Below are positions 49,078-63,384 of a stretch of 64,000 nt of DNA, piece after piece. Position numbers and translations under genes: made by a program. The stretch covers positions 40,984,001 through 41,048,000 of the forward strand of contig NC_045696.1 in NCBI RefSeq assembly GCF_009834535.1. The letters run 5' to 3'. Every line of letters begins with the position of its first letter. The first letter of the stretch is position 1. Source of the stretch: Camelus ferus (Eukaryota). The notes beneath the pieces were generated by a model. That model did not search any database. It was not told where the DNA came from and saw nothing but the letters and a program-made list of their open reading frames with translations.

Positions 49078-52000
49078 TAAAGAACAGATTTTATTTTTTT
49101 GAGGAGTTTTAGGTTCACAGCAAAATTGAGAAGAAAGTACAGAGAGTTCCCATATATGCTCTCTTTCCATACTTGTATGGCCTTCCCTGCTATCTACCCC
49201 TCACTGCAGAGAGGTATGTTTTGATAAATCTACACTGACATATTATCACTCAGAGTTCATAGTTTACGTTACAGATCACTCCTGGTGGTGTACATTCTGT
49301 GGATTTTGGCAACTGTATAATGACATGTGTCTACCATTTTAGAATCATATGAGTAGTTTACTGCCCTAGAAATCTCCAGTGCTCTGCTGATTCAGCCCGC
49401 CCACTTTCCTAAGCCCTGGCAACCACTGATCTTTTCACCGTCTCTGTGATTTTGTCTTTTCTAATATGTCACATAATTGGAATCGTACAGTATGTAGTAT
49501 TTTCAGATTGACTTCTTTCACTTAGTAATATGCATTTAAATTTCTTCCATGTCTCTTTGTGGCTTGATAGCACATTTCTTTTTATCACTGAATAATGTTC
49601 CATTATACGGATGTGTTACACTTTATCCATTCATCTACTGCAGGACATCTTGATTGTTTCCAAGTTTTGACAATTATGAATAAAGCTATTATAAACATCC
49701 ATGTGCAAGTGTTTTTGTGGACAAATTTTCAACTCATTTTGGGTAAATACCAAGGGACATGATTGCTGGATCTTATAGTAAGAGTCTGATTAGTTTTTAA
49801 AGAAGCTGCCAGATGGTTTTGCAGAGTATCAATGCCATATTGCTTTCCTATCAGCAATGAATAGGAGTTCCTGTTGCCCTACGTCATGACCAGCACTTGG
49901 TATGTCAGCATTCCAGATATTAGCCATTCTAGTAGGTGTGTGGTGGTACCTTACTGTTACTTTAATTCACAGTTCCTTAATGTCATGACATTGGGCTTCT
50001 TTTCATATGCTTATTTGCCATCTGTATACCATCTTTGGTGAGGTGTCTGTTTAGGTCTTTGACCTACTTTTTTATTTGGTTGTTTATTTTGTTTTGTTTT
50101 CCTTTCTTTTTTGTTGAGATAAAATTGACATATAACATTTTATTAGTTTTAGGTGTACAACATAATGATCTGATAAATGTATGTGCTGAAAAATGATTAT
50201 CACAGTAAGTTTAGTTAACATCAATCACCACACAGTCACACATTTTTTGTATGTGTGCTGAGAGCTTTTAAGATCCACTCTCTTAGCAACTTTCAAATAC
50301 ACAATGTAGTATTATTAACTATAGTCACCACGCCGAACATTACATTCCCAGGTCTTATTTATAACCGGAAATTTGTACCTTTTGGTCACCTTTACTCATT
50401 TTATCCCACTTCTTACACCAGCCTAGGGCAACTGCTGATCTGCTGTCTGTATCTATGAGTTTGGGGTTTTTAAAATTCAACATATAATCAAGATCATATA
50501 GTATTTGTCTGTCTTTCTCTGACTTGTTTCTCTTAGCATGATACCCTCAAGGTCCACCCATGTTGTTGCATATGGCAGAATTTTCTTCTTTTTATGATTG
50601 AATAATATTCTGCTATATATATATGTATACCACATTTTAAAATTCACTTATCCATCATTGGACACTTAGGTTGTTTCCATGTCTTCACTGTTGCAAATAA
50701 TGCTGCAGTGTACATGTGGGTGCAGATATCTTTTTGAGGTAGTGATTTTTGTTTCCTTTGGAGAAATACCCAGAAGTGAAATGACTGCATCACATGGTAG
50801 TTTTATTTTTAATTTTTAAAGAAACCTCCATACTGTTTCCTACCTACAGTGGCTGTACCAATTTATATTCCTCTCAACAGTGCACAAGGATTTCCGTACT
50901 TTACATCTTTACTAACACTTGTTATTTCTTGTCTTTTTGATAATAGCCATTCTAACAGATGTGAGGTGTTATCTCATTGTAGTTTTGATTTACAGTCCTC
51001 TGATGATTAGAGATGTTGAGTACCTTTTCATATACCTGTTGGCCTTTTTTATGTCTTCCTTGGGAAAAAAAAAACTGTTCTGTTCCTCTGCCCATTTTTA
51101 ATTGGACTGCTAATTTTTTGCTATTGAATTGTGTAAGTTTTTAATATATTTTGGATGTTAACTCCTTATCAGATGTATGAGTTGCAAATATTTTCTCCCA
51201 TTCCATAGGTTGCCTTTTTATTCTGTTGATGATTTCATAGCTGTACAGAAATGTTTTAGTTTGATGTAGTGCCACTTACTTTTATATATTAATCTTGTAT
51301 CTCAATATCTTGCTATAATTGCTAATTAGTTCTAGTTTTTGTTGATTCTTTTGAGTTTTCTACATAGAGGATCATGACATCTGAGAACAAAGACAGTTTT
51401 ATTTCTTCCTTCCCAATGTATACCTTTTATTCCCATGTCTTGTCTTCTTGCGTTAACCAAGACTTCCAGTAAGTACAGTGTTGAAAAGGAGACGGAATAT
51501 CTTTGCTTTTCCTGATCTTAGCAAGAAAGTTTCTGGTTTCTCACTATCAAATAAGATGTTAGCTATAGATTTTGGTAGATAGTCTTTATCAAGTTGAGGA
51601 AACTTCCTTCTACTCCTAGGTTGCTGAGAGATTATTATTATTATTATTATTATCATCATCATCATGAATGGGAGTTGGATTTTGTCAAATGCTATTTCTG
51701 CATATCTATTGATATGATCATGCAGTTTTTCTTTACCCTATTGTTGTGATGGACTACAGTAATTGATTATCAAATGTTGAACTAGCTTTGCACACCTGCG
51801 ATAAATCCTACTTGCTTGTGATGTACAATTATTTTTATACATTGTTGAAGTTGATGTGCTAACATTTTGCTGAGAAGTTTTGTATCTCTGTTTATAAGAT
51901 ATATTGATCTGTATTTTTGCTTTTCTGTGATGTCTTTGTCACATTTTGGTGTTAAGATAATGTCGGCCTTAAAAAATAACTTAGGAAGTATTCCCTTGGC

Positions 52001-52770
52001 TTCTGTCTGAAGAGATTATTGATAATTGGTATAATTTCTTCCTTAAATGTTTCATAGAATTCATCAGTGAACCCATCTGGGCCCGATGTTTTCTATTTTG
52101 GAAGGTGATTAATTTTCTATTCAACATTTAAAATAGATTTAGAGATATTCAGATTGTCCGTATCTTTTTATATGAGTTTGGTAGACTGAGTCTTCCAAGG
52201 AATTGGTCTGTTTCATTTAGGTATCCTAGAATTTGTAAGTATAGAGTTGTTCGTATTGTTCCTTTCCTTTTCAAGTTCATGAGATCTGTAATGGTGTCCC
52301 TTCTTTCATATCTTTTTTTTTTTTTTTTTTACTGAGGTAAAGTCAGTTTACAATGTTGTGTCGACTTCTGGTGTACAGCACAATTCTTCAGTCATATGTG
52401 AATATGCATATATTCATTTTCATATTATTTTTCACCATAAGCTACTACAAGATATTGAATATATTTCCCTGTGCTATACAGTATAAACTTGTTTATCTAT
52501 TTTATATATACCAGTCAGTATTTGCAAATCTCGAACTCCCAGTTTATCCTCTCCCACCCCTCTCCCCTCATATCTAATATTAATAATTTGTGTCTTCTCT
52601 CTTTTTTCCTTAGTTAGCCTGGCTAGAGGCTTATTGATTTTACTGATCTTTTAAAAAAAAACAAAAAACAAACAGCTTTTGGTCTTGTTGATTTTTCTCT
52701 ATTGGTTTTCTGTTTTTAATTTTATTATTTTTTCTCCTAATTCTTATTATTTCTTTTTTTCTGTTTACTT
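49078..52770 (-). mobile_element. Stack of old L1MA/MB fragments, including a second L1 3' end at about 50100-51280 and a young short L1 at about 52312-52567
   Basis: Several successive L1 3'-end signatures, all on the minus strand. The host L1 resumes at 55438. Confidence 0.8.
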
Positions 52771-52771
52771 T

Positions 52772-55424
52772 TTTTTGTTTTTTTAAAACATTTTTTAGTG
52801 ATTTATAATCATTTTACAATGTTGTATCAAATTCCAGTGTTCAGCACAATTTTTCAGTCATTCATGGACATATACACACTCATTGGCACGTTTTTTTCTC
52901 TGTGAGTTATCATAACATTTTGTGTATATTTCCCTGTGCTATACAGTGTAATCTTGTTTATCTATTCTACAATTTTGAAATCCCAGTCTATCCCTTCCCA
53001 CCCTCCATCCCCCTGGTAACCACAAGTCTGTATTCTCTGTCTGTGAGTCTATTTCTTTTTTTTCTCTTTTTTTTTTTTAACACTTTTTATTGATTTATAA
53101 TCATTTTACAATGTTGTGTCAAATTCCAGTGTTCAGCACAATTTTTCAGTTATTCATGGACATATACACACTCATTGTCACATTTTTTTCTCTGTGAGTT
53201 ATCATAACATTTTGTGTATATTTCCCTGTGCTATACAGTGTAGTCTATTCTACAATTTTGAAATCCCAGTCTATCCCTTCCTACCCTCCACCCCCCTGGT
53301 AACCACAAGTCTGTATTCTGTCTGTGAGTCTATTTCTGTCCTTTATTTACGCTTTGTTTTTGTTTGTTTGTTTGTTTTTGTTTTTGTTTTTTAGATTCCA
53401 CATATGAGCGATCTCATATGGTATTTTTCTTTCTCTTTCTGGCTTACTTCACTTAGAATGACATTCTCCAGGAGCATCCATGTTGCTGCAAATGGCATTA
53501 TGTTGTCGGTTTTTATGGCTGAGTAGTATTCCATTGTATAAATATACCACTTCTTCTTTATCCAGTCACCTGTTGATGGACATTTAGGCTGTTTCCATGT
53601 TTTGGCTATTGTAAATAGTGCTGCTATGAACATTGGGGTGCAGGTGTCATCCTGAAGTAGATTTCCTTCTGGATACAAGCCCAGGAGTGGGATTCCTGGG
53701 TCATATGGTAAGTCTATTCCTAGTCTTTTGAGGAATCTCCACACTGTTTTCCATAGTGGCTGCACCAAACTGCATTCCCACCAGCAGTGTAGGAGGGTTC
53801 CCCTTTCCCCACAGCCTCTCCAGCATTTGTCATTTGTGGATTTTTGAATGATGGCCATTCTGACTGGTGTGAGGCGATAACTCATTGTAGTTTTGATTTG
53901 CATTTCTCTGATAATTAGTGATATTGAGCATTTTTTCATGTGCTTTTTGATCATTTGTATGTCTTCCTTGGAGAATTGCTTGTTTAGGTCTTCTGCCCAT
54001 TTTTGGATTGGGTTGTTTATTTTTTTCTTATTGAGTCGTATGAGCTGCTTATATATTCTGGAGATCAAGCCTTTGTCGGTTTCACTTGCAAAAATTTTCT
54101 CCCATTCCGTAGGTTTTCTTCTTGTTTTACTTCTGGTTTCCTTTGCTGTGCAGAAGCTTGTAAGTTTCATTAGGTCCCATTTGTTTATTCTTGCTTTTAT
54201 TTCTTCTAGGAGAAAATTTTTTAAATGTATGTCAGATAATGTTTTGCCTATGTTTTCCTCTAGGAGGTTTATTGTATCTTGTCTTATGTTTAAGTCTTTA
54301 ATCCATTTTGAGTTGATTTTTGTATATGGTGTAAGGGAGTGTTCTAGCTTCATTGTTTTACATGCTGCTGTCCAGTTTTCCCAACACCACTTGCTGAAGA
54401 GACTGTCTTTATTCCATTGTATATTCTTGCCTCTTTTGTCGAAGATGAGTTGACCAAAAGTTTGTGGGTTCATTTCTGGGCTCTCTATTCTGTTCCATTG
54501 GTCTATATGTCTGTTTTGGTACCAATACCATGCTGTCTTGATGACTGTAGCTCTATAGTATTGTCTGAAGTCTGGGAGAGTTATTCCTCCAGCCTCTTTC
54601 TTTCTCTTCAGTAATGCTTTGGCAATTCTAGGTCTTTGATGGTTCCATATGAATTTTATTATGATTTGTTCTAGTTCTGTGAAATATGTCCTGGGTAATT
54701 GGATAGGGATTGCATTAAATCTGTAGATTGCCTTGGGCAGTGTGACCATTTTAACAATATTGATTCTTCCAATCCAAGAGCATGGAATATCTTTCCATTT
54801 TTTAAAGTCTTCTTTAATTTCCTTCATCAATGGTTTATAGTTTTCTGTGTATAATTCTTTCACCTCCTTGGTTAGATTTATTCCCAGATATTTTATTACT
54901 TTGGGTGCTATTTTAAAGGGGATTGTTTCTTTACTTTCTTCTTCTGTTGATTTATCGTTAGTGTAAAGAAATGCAACTGATTTTTGAACGTTAATTTTGT
55001 AACCTGCTACCTTGCTGAATTCTTCAATCAGCTCTAGTAGCTTTTGTGTGGACCTTTTAGGGTTTTCTATATATAGTAACATGTCATCAGCATATAATGA
55101 CACTTTAACCTCTTCCTTTCCAATTTGGATCCCTTTTATTTCTTTCTCTTGCCTGACTGCTGTGGCTAGGACTTCCAGGACTATGTTGAATAGGAGTGGT
55201 GATAGTGGGCATCCTTGTCTTGTCCCAGATTTTAGTGGGAAGCTTTTGAGTTTTCCACTGTTGAGTACTATGCTGGCTGTAGGTTTGTCATATATAGCTT
55301 TTATTATGTTGAGATATGTTCCCTCTATACCCACTTTGGTGAGAGTTTTTATCATAAATGGGTGTTGAATTTTATCAAATGCTTTTTCTGCATCGATTGA
55401 GATGATCATGTGGTTTTTGTCCTC
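52772..55424 (-). mobile_element. Young 5'-truncated L1 with doubled 3' end
   Basis: 13-bp TSD TTCTGTTTACTTT at 52759-52771 and 55425-55437. Two tandem 3'-terminal units, each with an A tail. Confidence 0.93.
53391..55409 (-). CDS. Open remnant of L1 ORF2 (partial RT plus C-terminal Cys-rich domain), no endonuclease; probably not a functional gene
   Basis: 672 aa with [17 protein letters not shown] and [18 protein letters not shown]. No stops or frameshifts. Confidence 0.9.
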   Translation of the reverse strand: MIISIDAEKAFDKIQHPFMIKTLTKVGIEGTYLNIIKAIYDKPTASIVLNSGKLKSFPLKSGTRQGCPLSPLLFNIVLEVLATAVRQEKEIKGIQIGKEEVKVSLYADDMLLYIENPKRSTQKLLELIEEFSKVAGYKINVQKSVAFLYTNDKSTEEESKETIPFKIAPKVIKYLGINLTKEVKELYTENYKPLMKEIKEDFKKWKDIPCSWIGRINIVKMVTLPKAIYRFNAIPIQLPRTYFTELEQIIIKFIWNHQRPRIAKALLKRKKEAGGITLPDFRQYYRATVIKTAWYWYQNRHIDQWNRIESPEMNPQTFGQLIFDKRGKNIQWNKDSLFSKWCWENWTAACKTMKLEHSLTPYTKINSKWIKDLNIRQDTINLLEENIGKTLSDIHLKNFLLEEIKARINKWDLMKLTSFCTAKETRSKTRRKPTEWEKIFASETDKGLISRIYKQLIRLNKKKINNPIQKWAEDLNKQFSKEDIQMIKKHMKKCSISLIIREMQIKTTMSYRLTPVRMAIIQKSTNDKCWRGCGERGTLLHCWWECSLVQPLWKTVWRFLKRLGIDLPYDPGIPLLGLYPEGNLLQDDTCTPMFIAALFTIAKTWKQPKCPSTGDWIKKKWYIYTMEYYSAIKTDNIMPFAATWMLLENVILSEVSQKEKEKYHMRSLICGI

Positions 55425-55437
55425 TTCTGTTTACTTT

Positions 55438-56510
55438 AGATTTAATTTGCTCTTCTTTTTCTAGTTTCTTAGGTGGAAGCTTAGATTATTCATTTTAGAT
55501 CTTTATTCTTTTTAAATATATGTGTTCAATGTTATAAGTTTTCCACTTAACACTACTTTTGCTGCATCTCACACATTTTGATAAATTGTGTTTTCATTTT
55601 CATTTAACTCAAAATATTAAAAAAAAAAAACTCTTGAGACTTTTCCTTTGTCCCATGTGTTATTTAGAAGAATGTAGTTTAATCTCCATGTATTTGGGAA
55701 TTTTCAGCTATCTTTCTCTTACTGATTTCTAGTTAAATTTTATTGTGGTCTGAGAGGATATGTTGCATGATTTCAATTCTTTTAACTTCACTGAGGTTTG
55801 TTTTATGGCCCAGAATGTGATCTGTCTTGACTGTTCCATTTGAGCTTGAGCAGAATGGGTATTCTGCTGTTTTTGGATGAAGTAGTTTATTGATGTCAAT
55901 TATATCCAGTTGATTGATGGTGCTGTTGCATTCAACTATGTCCTTATTTATTTTCTGCCTGCTGGATCTGGCTGTTTCTGGTAGGGATGTTAAAGTCTCC
56001 AATTAAAGCGATGGATTTATCTATTTCTTTTTGCAGTTCTATCAGTTTTTGCCTCATGTATTTTGATGTTCTGTTGTTAGGTGCATACACATTAAACATT
56101 TTTATGTCTCCTTAGAGAACTGACTTTTATCATTATGTAGTGCTCCTTCTTATTCCTGATAATTTTCCTTGCCCTAAAGACTGCTCGTCCAAAATTCATA
56201 TGGCTACTCCTGCTCTCTTTTGATTAGTGTTAACATAATAAAACTTTCTCCATCTCTTTGCTTTTAATCTATATGTATCTTTATATTTAAAGTGAGTTTC
56301 TTGTAAACAACATATAGTTGGGTATTTTAAAAATTTTGATCCACTTTGACAATCATTGTCCTTTAATTGATGCATTTTGACCATTGGTGTTTAAAGTGAT
56401 TGTTTATATAGTTGGATTAATATCTACCATACTTGTTACTGTTTTTTATTCATTGCCCTTGTTCTCTATTCCTATTTTTGTCTTTTTGTCCTTTTCTATC
56501 TTTTGTAGTT
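55438..56510 (-). mobile_element. Old L1 ORF2 endonuclease-region remnant (host of the young L1)
   Basis: Degenerate translations PTICCLQETHFKYKD and DHILGHKTNL on the minus strand. Confidence 0.85.
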
Positions 56511-57096
56511 TTACCTGCAATGCCTTTTTACATAGCCACCTGTATTCCTCTCTCACCCTGCCCCCAAGACACACACACAGCAAAGGAACTTTCAACTCTC
56601 TGCAGTCTGATGTGAGCTGTTGTGGGGCCTCTGGTTCTAGTCTTTTTCCTGCATCTCTTGGAGAAGCAAGCAGACACAGTCTGCCAACCTGGCTTTCTTC
56701 CTTTTAGGTAACAGCAACCTCTGCCTTCATCATTTCCTGTTTCTTAGAGAGTGGGAGCAGAGTATCTCATCACTAAGAAAAATCTCTCACTTTTTCTGTC
56801 TTGATCTAGGAGGAGGAGGGATAAGGGGAAGTAAAAAGTTGAGTTCCTCATGGTTGCACTGCCGGGCTGGGATCTGGAGGTAACCTTTGCAGTATCAGGG
56901 TGGGATTCACGTCAAGGAGACTTCCTAATTCTTCTTTGGCCCATGGGGGATGAGTGGGTGAACATTTTATTAGCCTTCAGGAAGGAAGATATTTGCTTTC
57001 CAGTCATTTCCCAATGTTGAAGAACCCCTTTAGAAGCTGGGGATAAAGTTTAGAGAGTGGAGCTCTGTGAAGGCCTGATGTCTTTTTTTCCCCCCC

Positions 57097-57440
57097 TTAT
57101 TTTGTGTTGAAGTGTAGTTGATTTACAATGTTAGTTTCAGGTGTACAGCAAAGTAATTCAGTTATACATATAAATCTATATATATTTTTTCAGATTTTTT
57201 TCTGTTATAGGTTATTACAAGAAACCCAATATAGTTGCCTGTGCTATACAGTAGGCCCTTGCTGTTTATTTATTTTATATACAGTAATGTGTATCTATTA
57301 ATCCCAAACTCCTAATCTATCCCTCCTCCTCCACCACCTTCCCCTTTGGTAACCACGATTTGTTTTCTTTATCTGGGGGTCTACTATTTCTGGTTTGTAA
57401 ATAAACTGTTTTTGTTTTTGGATTCTACATACAAGTGACA
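57097..57440 (-). mobile_element. L1 3'UTR fragment
   Basis: 'gtgtagttgatttacaatgttagtttcaggtgtacagcaaag...cttcccctttggtaaccac'. Confidence 0.8.
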
Positions 57441-58219
57441 CTGGGTGTCATTTAATTTGGGATTTAGAAAAGCTTAAATTTCTCTGGCATGTGCTCAGCT
57501 CCACACTGGCAATGTTAGACAGATGGAATACAGGTGATCTCTATGTCTCTGGCTGAGGTTGGGTGTGTACAGAGCTGAGGAGGCATGTTAGAAAGTTTGG
57601 CATATTTTGGGAACTATAAGCCACCATTTTGTTCGGTTGTAGCAGAGTCCTAGTGGACAGCAGCAAATGAAATAAGGATCCATTAAAATATGTCTGGAGG
57701 AGGAAGGGGACACTCCCATGCTAGCCTGCAATGGTCAGACTATGCTTTTGAAAAAAGAATGTCTGTGAGATTCAAAATAATACTTTATATGAGCCCTGGG
57801 ATGTCTCACCTGGAGGATAGAGAGATTTAGATGGCAGTGTGGCTCGACTAGACTTGTTTGGTAGGGTTTCTGGTAGTGAGACAGCACAGCTGGGTCAGGG
57901 ATGCTGTGTTCTGAATCTTCCTTCTTTCACTCAAAAGAGAACGTGATCTTGGGAAAGTTACATGCCATCTCCAAACCAGTGTCCTCATTTATGAAGATGG
58001 TTCTCACAATGCCTACTTCACCAGGGTTGATGTGAGAATTAAATCACATGATTTTTGATGTGTGAAAAAACTTAACATAGTAAATATCTGACAAGTTTAG
58101 TTTCTCTTTCCTTTCTTTTTCTCTTTCCCTTTCCCCCATCTTTCTGCCCTTCCTACCCTCTCTTTTCCATGAATTGACTTTTTTATTAAGTAAGTAATAC
58201 ATGTCAGGCCTGCAAGGAT

Positions 58220-58785
58220 CTATATTGTCCACTATGGTAGCCACTAGTCACATGCGGTCATGGCGCACTTGACATGTGGCTAGTCCCTGTTGAGATGTAC
58301 TGTGAGTGTGATTTACAGAAGTTAAAGACTTAGTACAGAAAAAAAAAAGTGAGCTATCACATTAGTAATTTTTCCTATAGGTCACATGTTTAAGTTATAA
58401 TATTTTGGATATATTTGATTAAACAGAATGTTTATCACACACAGAAAAGTTCAGAGGAAGTATATAACAAGCACCCATGTAGCATGTGTCTACCACCCAG
58501 ATTTAATAATTGTCATTTGCCACAAAAAAATTCTTAACTGAGGAGGGTAAAGCTCAGCAGCAGAGTGCATGCTTAGAATGCACAAGGTTCTGGGTTCAAT
58601 CCCCAGCACCTCTGTTAAAAAAAATCTATATCTATCTACTTCTATAAATGAATGAATAAATAAATAAACTAATCCCTCCCCCAAAAGTTCTTAAAATTAA
58701 CTTCACCAGTTTCTTCTTACTTTTAAAAATGTGACCACTGGAAATTTAAAATTACCTACATTTTATTTCTATGGGACAACACTGT
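58220..58785. mobile_element. MER3-like hAT element interrupted by later insertions
   Basis: 'tgtccactatggtagccactagtcacatgcgg...atgtggctagt' and a distal end 'ttttatttctatgggacaacactg'. Confidence 0.6.
58539..58683 (+). mobile_element. tRNA-derived SINE (Vic-1-like)
   Basis: 'ggagggtaaagctcagcagcagagtgcatgcttagaatgcacaaggttctgggttcaatccccagcacc'. Flanking aaa(a/g)ttcttaa repeats. Confidence 0.85.
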
Positions 58786-61461
58786 GTTGACTGTTGGGGA
58801 CCCAATGGTGAAAAGAAAAACTGATGTTGCAGAACTTACAGTCCAGTGGGGAAAGGTAGAAAACCACCACCACAACAAAAACAACAAGAGGAAATCAAAA
58901 ATAAATGAAAAAACAACAAATATAAAATGCCAAATTGTAATAAATACGGTGAAAAAAAATTTCTATGGGGAGAAAAACCTAATTTAGCTTGACTGGTCAC
59001 GGGGGCCTCTCTGAGGGAGAGGTCTTCATGCTGGGCCTCCAGGGAGGCCTTGCTACATGGAATTTCCAGGCAAAGGTGGGAACAGAACATTCCAGCCAGA
59101 CGAAGCAGACTGCTAGTCAATATTTATTGAGTCTACCAAAGCCCCAGGGAGGCTCCGTGACTGCTGGGAGCTTGTGGTCTGGGGAGAAGACAGAAGAGGC
59201 AGGTACCTCAGTGTGCAGGGTTGGGACAACTGCTAGCTCTGGGAGCGTTTTTCCTCCTCTCCTCTCGCAGCCTCAGTCCACCACGGACCACAGCCTTGGC
59301 TGTGCAGGTCCCCAAGGTCACGGGCTCTTCCTTCATGGTGAGGAACACTCACATTAGCCTCTTTTTCCCTGTTCCCACTGCCCTGTTTTGACTCAGACTC
59401 ACCATCTCAGAAACTAGTGTCTGCAACAGTCTCTTAACCAGTTTCCTTGCCTCCAGCCTCTTGCTCCCTTTAATATCTTCTGGGCATGGCCATCAAATTA
59501 ATCCTACTGAAATACCATTTAGATATGTAACTGCCTTGCTTCAGAGCTTTTACTGGCTTCCTGATACTGGCAGAGGAGCAGTGTGCCAGGAGTTGGGCAC
59601 ACACTCTCTCTCTCTTTCCTTTCATGGATAATGACAGTTCCCCTGAGAATTGGGCGGCCAGCAGGAATGGCAGCGTCTTCAGATGGTGTCAAGTAAGTTT
59701 TGAAGCCTCACCTCTAGACATCTTCCTGTCATCCTGCCCTGCCTCGCCCTCTGGAGTTCTGTTTGTCCTTCACCTGCTGTGTTGCACTGTCTCCCAGGGA
59801 AGGGCAGGAGCATACTAGTAAGAGCATGGGTTCCAGAGTCAGCCAGACCAGGTTCACATCCCACCTCTGCCACTTAACTAGCTGTGAGAACCCTGTCAAA
59901 AAGCTATTTTTCTTTTCTAAGCTTTGGTTTCTTCCTGTTAATACCAGGAGACTAACAATAATTTATACTCCTTGGGGATCCATGGGTAAGATCAGACACT
60001 GTTTGTAAAAACATTTCACAGGTGCCTAGTCCATAGAACATCCTTCATCCATGCACATTGCTTAAATGAACAGTAAGTCATATATGTGCTGACTAACCGT
60101 GATGTCGCCTTCCTTTCTGTATCCCTAGTGCTAGTTAGCAGCCTCTTTATACCGGGTGATGGGCTGTGGTCTGAATTCTGTGCAGCTGTGATGCTGGCTG
60201 GAAACACTGACTGGGGACACTGAATGGTGGTGTCAGGGAGCTGGATGGAACCTCAAGAGACCATCCAGTGTAGGACCCCTGAGGTTCCTCTGGTGTGTCC
60301 AAGTAAATCCAAAACACTTATTTGAAAAATATATATATATATGCTTTTTGGAGCACTGTCTATGTGCGGTATCACTGAACAAGAGACTTCGTTTTTCTTT
60401 TGTTTTCTCTCTTTGGAAAATGTATGTGTGTAGCTGTAAATGTAGATACAGGTAGTATGTAGCAGATTACAAGGGAAGAATATAATATCTAGCCAGAAGT
60501 AGTGCACCACAGATATTTGTAAAGTGAGAATAAATGAAATCTAATTAAAAAAGTGAGTTTTCAACAACTCCTTTATGGCAATCAAAATGCCTATAAATTA
60601 CCCCGTCTAAATTACTGTAGAATCTGACCACAGGAAAAGACACAAAACATGAACAGAAATTCAGAAGATATCTTGTATATTAGGTCCTCAGTCTGTGTTT
60701 GTTAAATCCATCAAAAAGAGCAACAAGCTTAATGTAGTGCCTGTCACACTTGACCACCTTTAAGACAGCCCTCACTGTGAGCCCCAAGACTTTCCTCTCT
60801 GATTCCACTTACTCAGAACAAGTTTTGTGAAGAGCCAGTGATTCAGTGGCCCTGATGTTGGAATCCTGGGAATCGTGAAAAGGTTGGAAGGAGCACTGGG
60901 ATCATACTCGGCCAATGGTTCCAACCTTATTAAATGTGAGGTTGACCCATTTTGGACATCAGAGGATTTCTAGGATCCCTCCCCACTGCATCCCACAATT
61001 TGATGGGGGCTATTCTTTTAGTATCTGCTGATTGCAAAAAAAAAGACATAGCCACCGATTTGGGTGGCCTCTTACAATGGAAGCTTGGCCCAGGAATCCT
61101 CAGCTTACTTGATGAGACTATCAACATTTTAGATCAAATTTCTCACTGTACGAATGAGGCCCAGGGCACTTTGGATTAAGAAATAGCCAGGGTGTAATTC
61201 AGAAAAGCATAAGATGTTTCAGTAGAGATTTGGAAATATTCAGAAGTTGCAACCCAGTCATCCTGAGACCTCTTACTCAGAGAAACATGTAACTCTTGGC
61301 TAATGGATGGCATTCTTAGGAAGACAGAAATAAACTTGGGTTTTTTTCCTCCTATTTTCATGGGGCACTTCAGTGTCAATTTCTTCACTAGCTTCATGGG
61401 TATTGCTTGATAAATCTCCACACTGAGCTGCTGCAATGTTCTTTACCCCATGGACGCGCCT

Positions 61462-61610
61462 TCATGGTTGCCAGAGAAAACACACGATAGCCAGTGAAAT
61501 TTGAATTTCAAATGATGCATACTTATGCTGAGAACTTGTTCATCTGGAATTCAAATTTCACTGGTAGGCTGTACTTTGTTGTTGTTGTTGCTTAAAGTGG
61601 CAAGTCTTCC
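61462..61610. mobile_element. MER53-like hAT element
   Basis: 'ggttgccaga...ccagtgaaatttgaatttcaaatga...tcatctggaattcaaatttcactgg...gtggcaa', with internal palindromic arms. Confidence 0.65.
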
Positions 61611-63384
61611 TACCCTGGTCCCGCCACAAAGTGGTACCAAGTGCTGAAGGGCAGGGACTGAAATCCTGGGTGACCTTCTTGCACAGCTGTCAGCACTGGC
61701 GACTGACAGATTTTCTGGGAACCTTTCAGCTTTCTGTCAAAGGCAGGCCTGCATATGGTTTCCTCAGGGCACCTTGCTCTTCTTCGCAGACTCATCAAAC
61801 TCAGACCCTGGCAGCCCAGGTAGCAATCGCTCATTCTTGTTTATTCCCTTCATTCATTTTCATTTACCTTGAGGTTTTTCATGAACTTGTGTATCTGATC
61901 ATCTGTGAGGTAAGGGCAGAAGCAAAGGTGGAGGTGTTTTGTTTTGTTTTGTGTTGTGTTGTTTTGGCTAAAGTAATGGATTTGAGGGCCAAATCAGGAA
62001 CAGGGAGGAGGCAGGAGGGAAGGAGACCTCAATTCAATCAGACCTCTCATTTTCTTGTACAGGAGTCAGAGCATTTCCCATGGAGCCTAGTGAGCCTGAA
62101 AACTCTCCCCTTTTTCTTGTCTGAATTTGAATTTAAGGGAGGCTGGAGTTTAGATGCCTACCTCTGTCTCATTTTCCTCCTTACACAATTTCTCTTTCTC
62201 CCTACAAGGTAGATGCAAAAGAAAAGCTAGCATTGGACTAATTTTTTTCATTAATTTATCTCTTAAATGGGGCACCTGAGGATTTTTCTTCACTCCACTT
62301 GTAAAATCAATGGATTTATTGCAAAGAGCATGCAAAATACTATGATGAAGCCAAAGAAACAGCTCATTTGAATGAATGTTTGCATTGACATTCTGTCATG
62401 TAAGGGTAGACCTGTGTAAAAGGATGATTTTTCACAACAGATTCTAAAGATCAGAGAGATTTTGCTTTCTAGGAGGTTGGAGAGAAGGCACTGCACATTA
62501 GGCTACTTGTTGGATGGGATTGCATTTCCTACCCAGAAATGGAACTTGGAAGGTTCGTTTTACAGTGTTCTGTGAGGGTGAATGCCCTTTACCTCACCCT
62601 CAAAGTGGGACCTCACATATTTGGTTGTTGGGGGTGAATATTTGGGATCAGATGATATAAAGAAACTTAAAAAATGGAGCAGTTAGTGGTAGGTTCTAAC
62701 AATTCACAGAAGAAAATAAGGCCAGAAGACAGTAGTAGCATGTGAGTTGGCTTAAGAGTAGGTATCACTTTAATTCATTTATCAAACATTTTTTAATGCA
62801 AGCTTGGTGCTTGGATGAGTAAGGAAGTCCTGGGTGGTGAGAAGAGATTGGGAGTAAATGTACAAGAAAAGTGCTATGGTAAAGGCATGTGCAGGTGCAG
62901 TGAAGCCAGAGAGGGTGTAGTCAAAGTCAGACTAGAAGTTCAAGATCGAGGGAAGAGTCACCTCCAAGGCCAGGCCCTTTCGGCTTTAGCTTCTTCCTGT
63001 GAACCTCGGATTTCTCAGGATAGCCTTGATTTCCCATATGCTGTACTGTCACCAAGATCCTGTGACCAAACCAGACCAAACCAAAACAAAGCACAACAAA
63101 AAAAATGGGTCTCTTTCATTTCTTTTGATGTGGCTCCTCTATTTCTTTTTAATCCTTCTCAACTTTCTTTTTTTCTCATTTTTCAGTTTTACTAGGTAGA
63201 ATTGTTACAGTTTGACTACACATATACAATATATTTCAGGTAAATCCATATACACAATATACTGCACATATTTTTGAAATTTATATGTATGTACTGTTAA
63301 TTATTTCTAAGAATGTTTAGAACTTTAGCTTTTTAAACTTCATAATTATCAAAGGAATAAAGCCAATTGCAAAATAAGAATTAA

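Noticed and set aside
53893..55368. + strand hydrophobic ORFs (186, 65, 118 aa)
   Set aside because: Antisense shadows of L1 ORF2.
61359..61410. ATGGGGCACTTC as the TMEM45A start exon
   Set aside because: Translates MGHFSVNFF..., not the expected MGNFRGHALPG..., and stops early. The true coding exon probably lies beyond the window.
61631..62212. 193-aa ORF
   Set aside because: Non-ATG start, low-complexity content and no recognisable domain. Likely chance.
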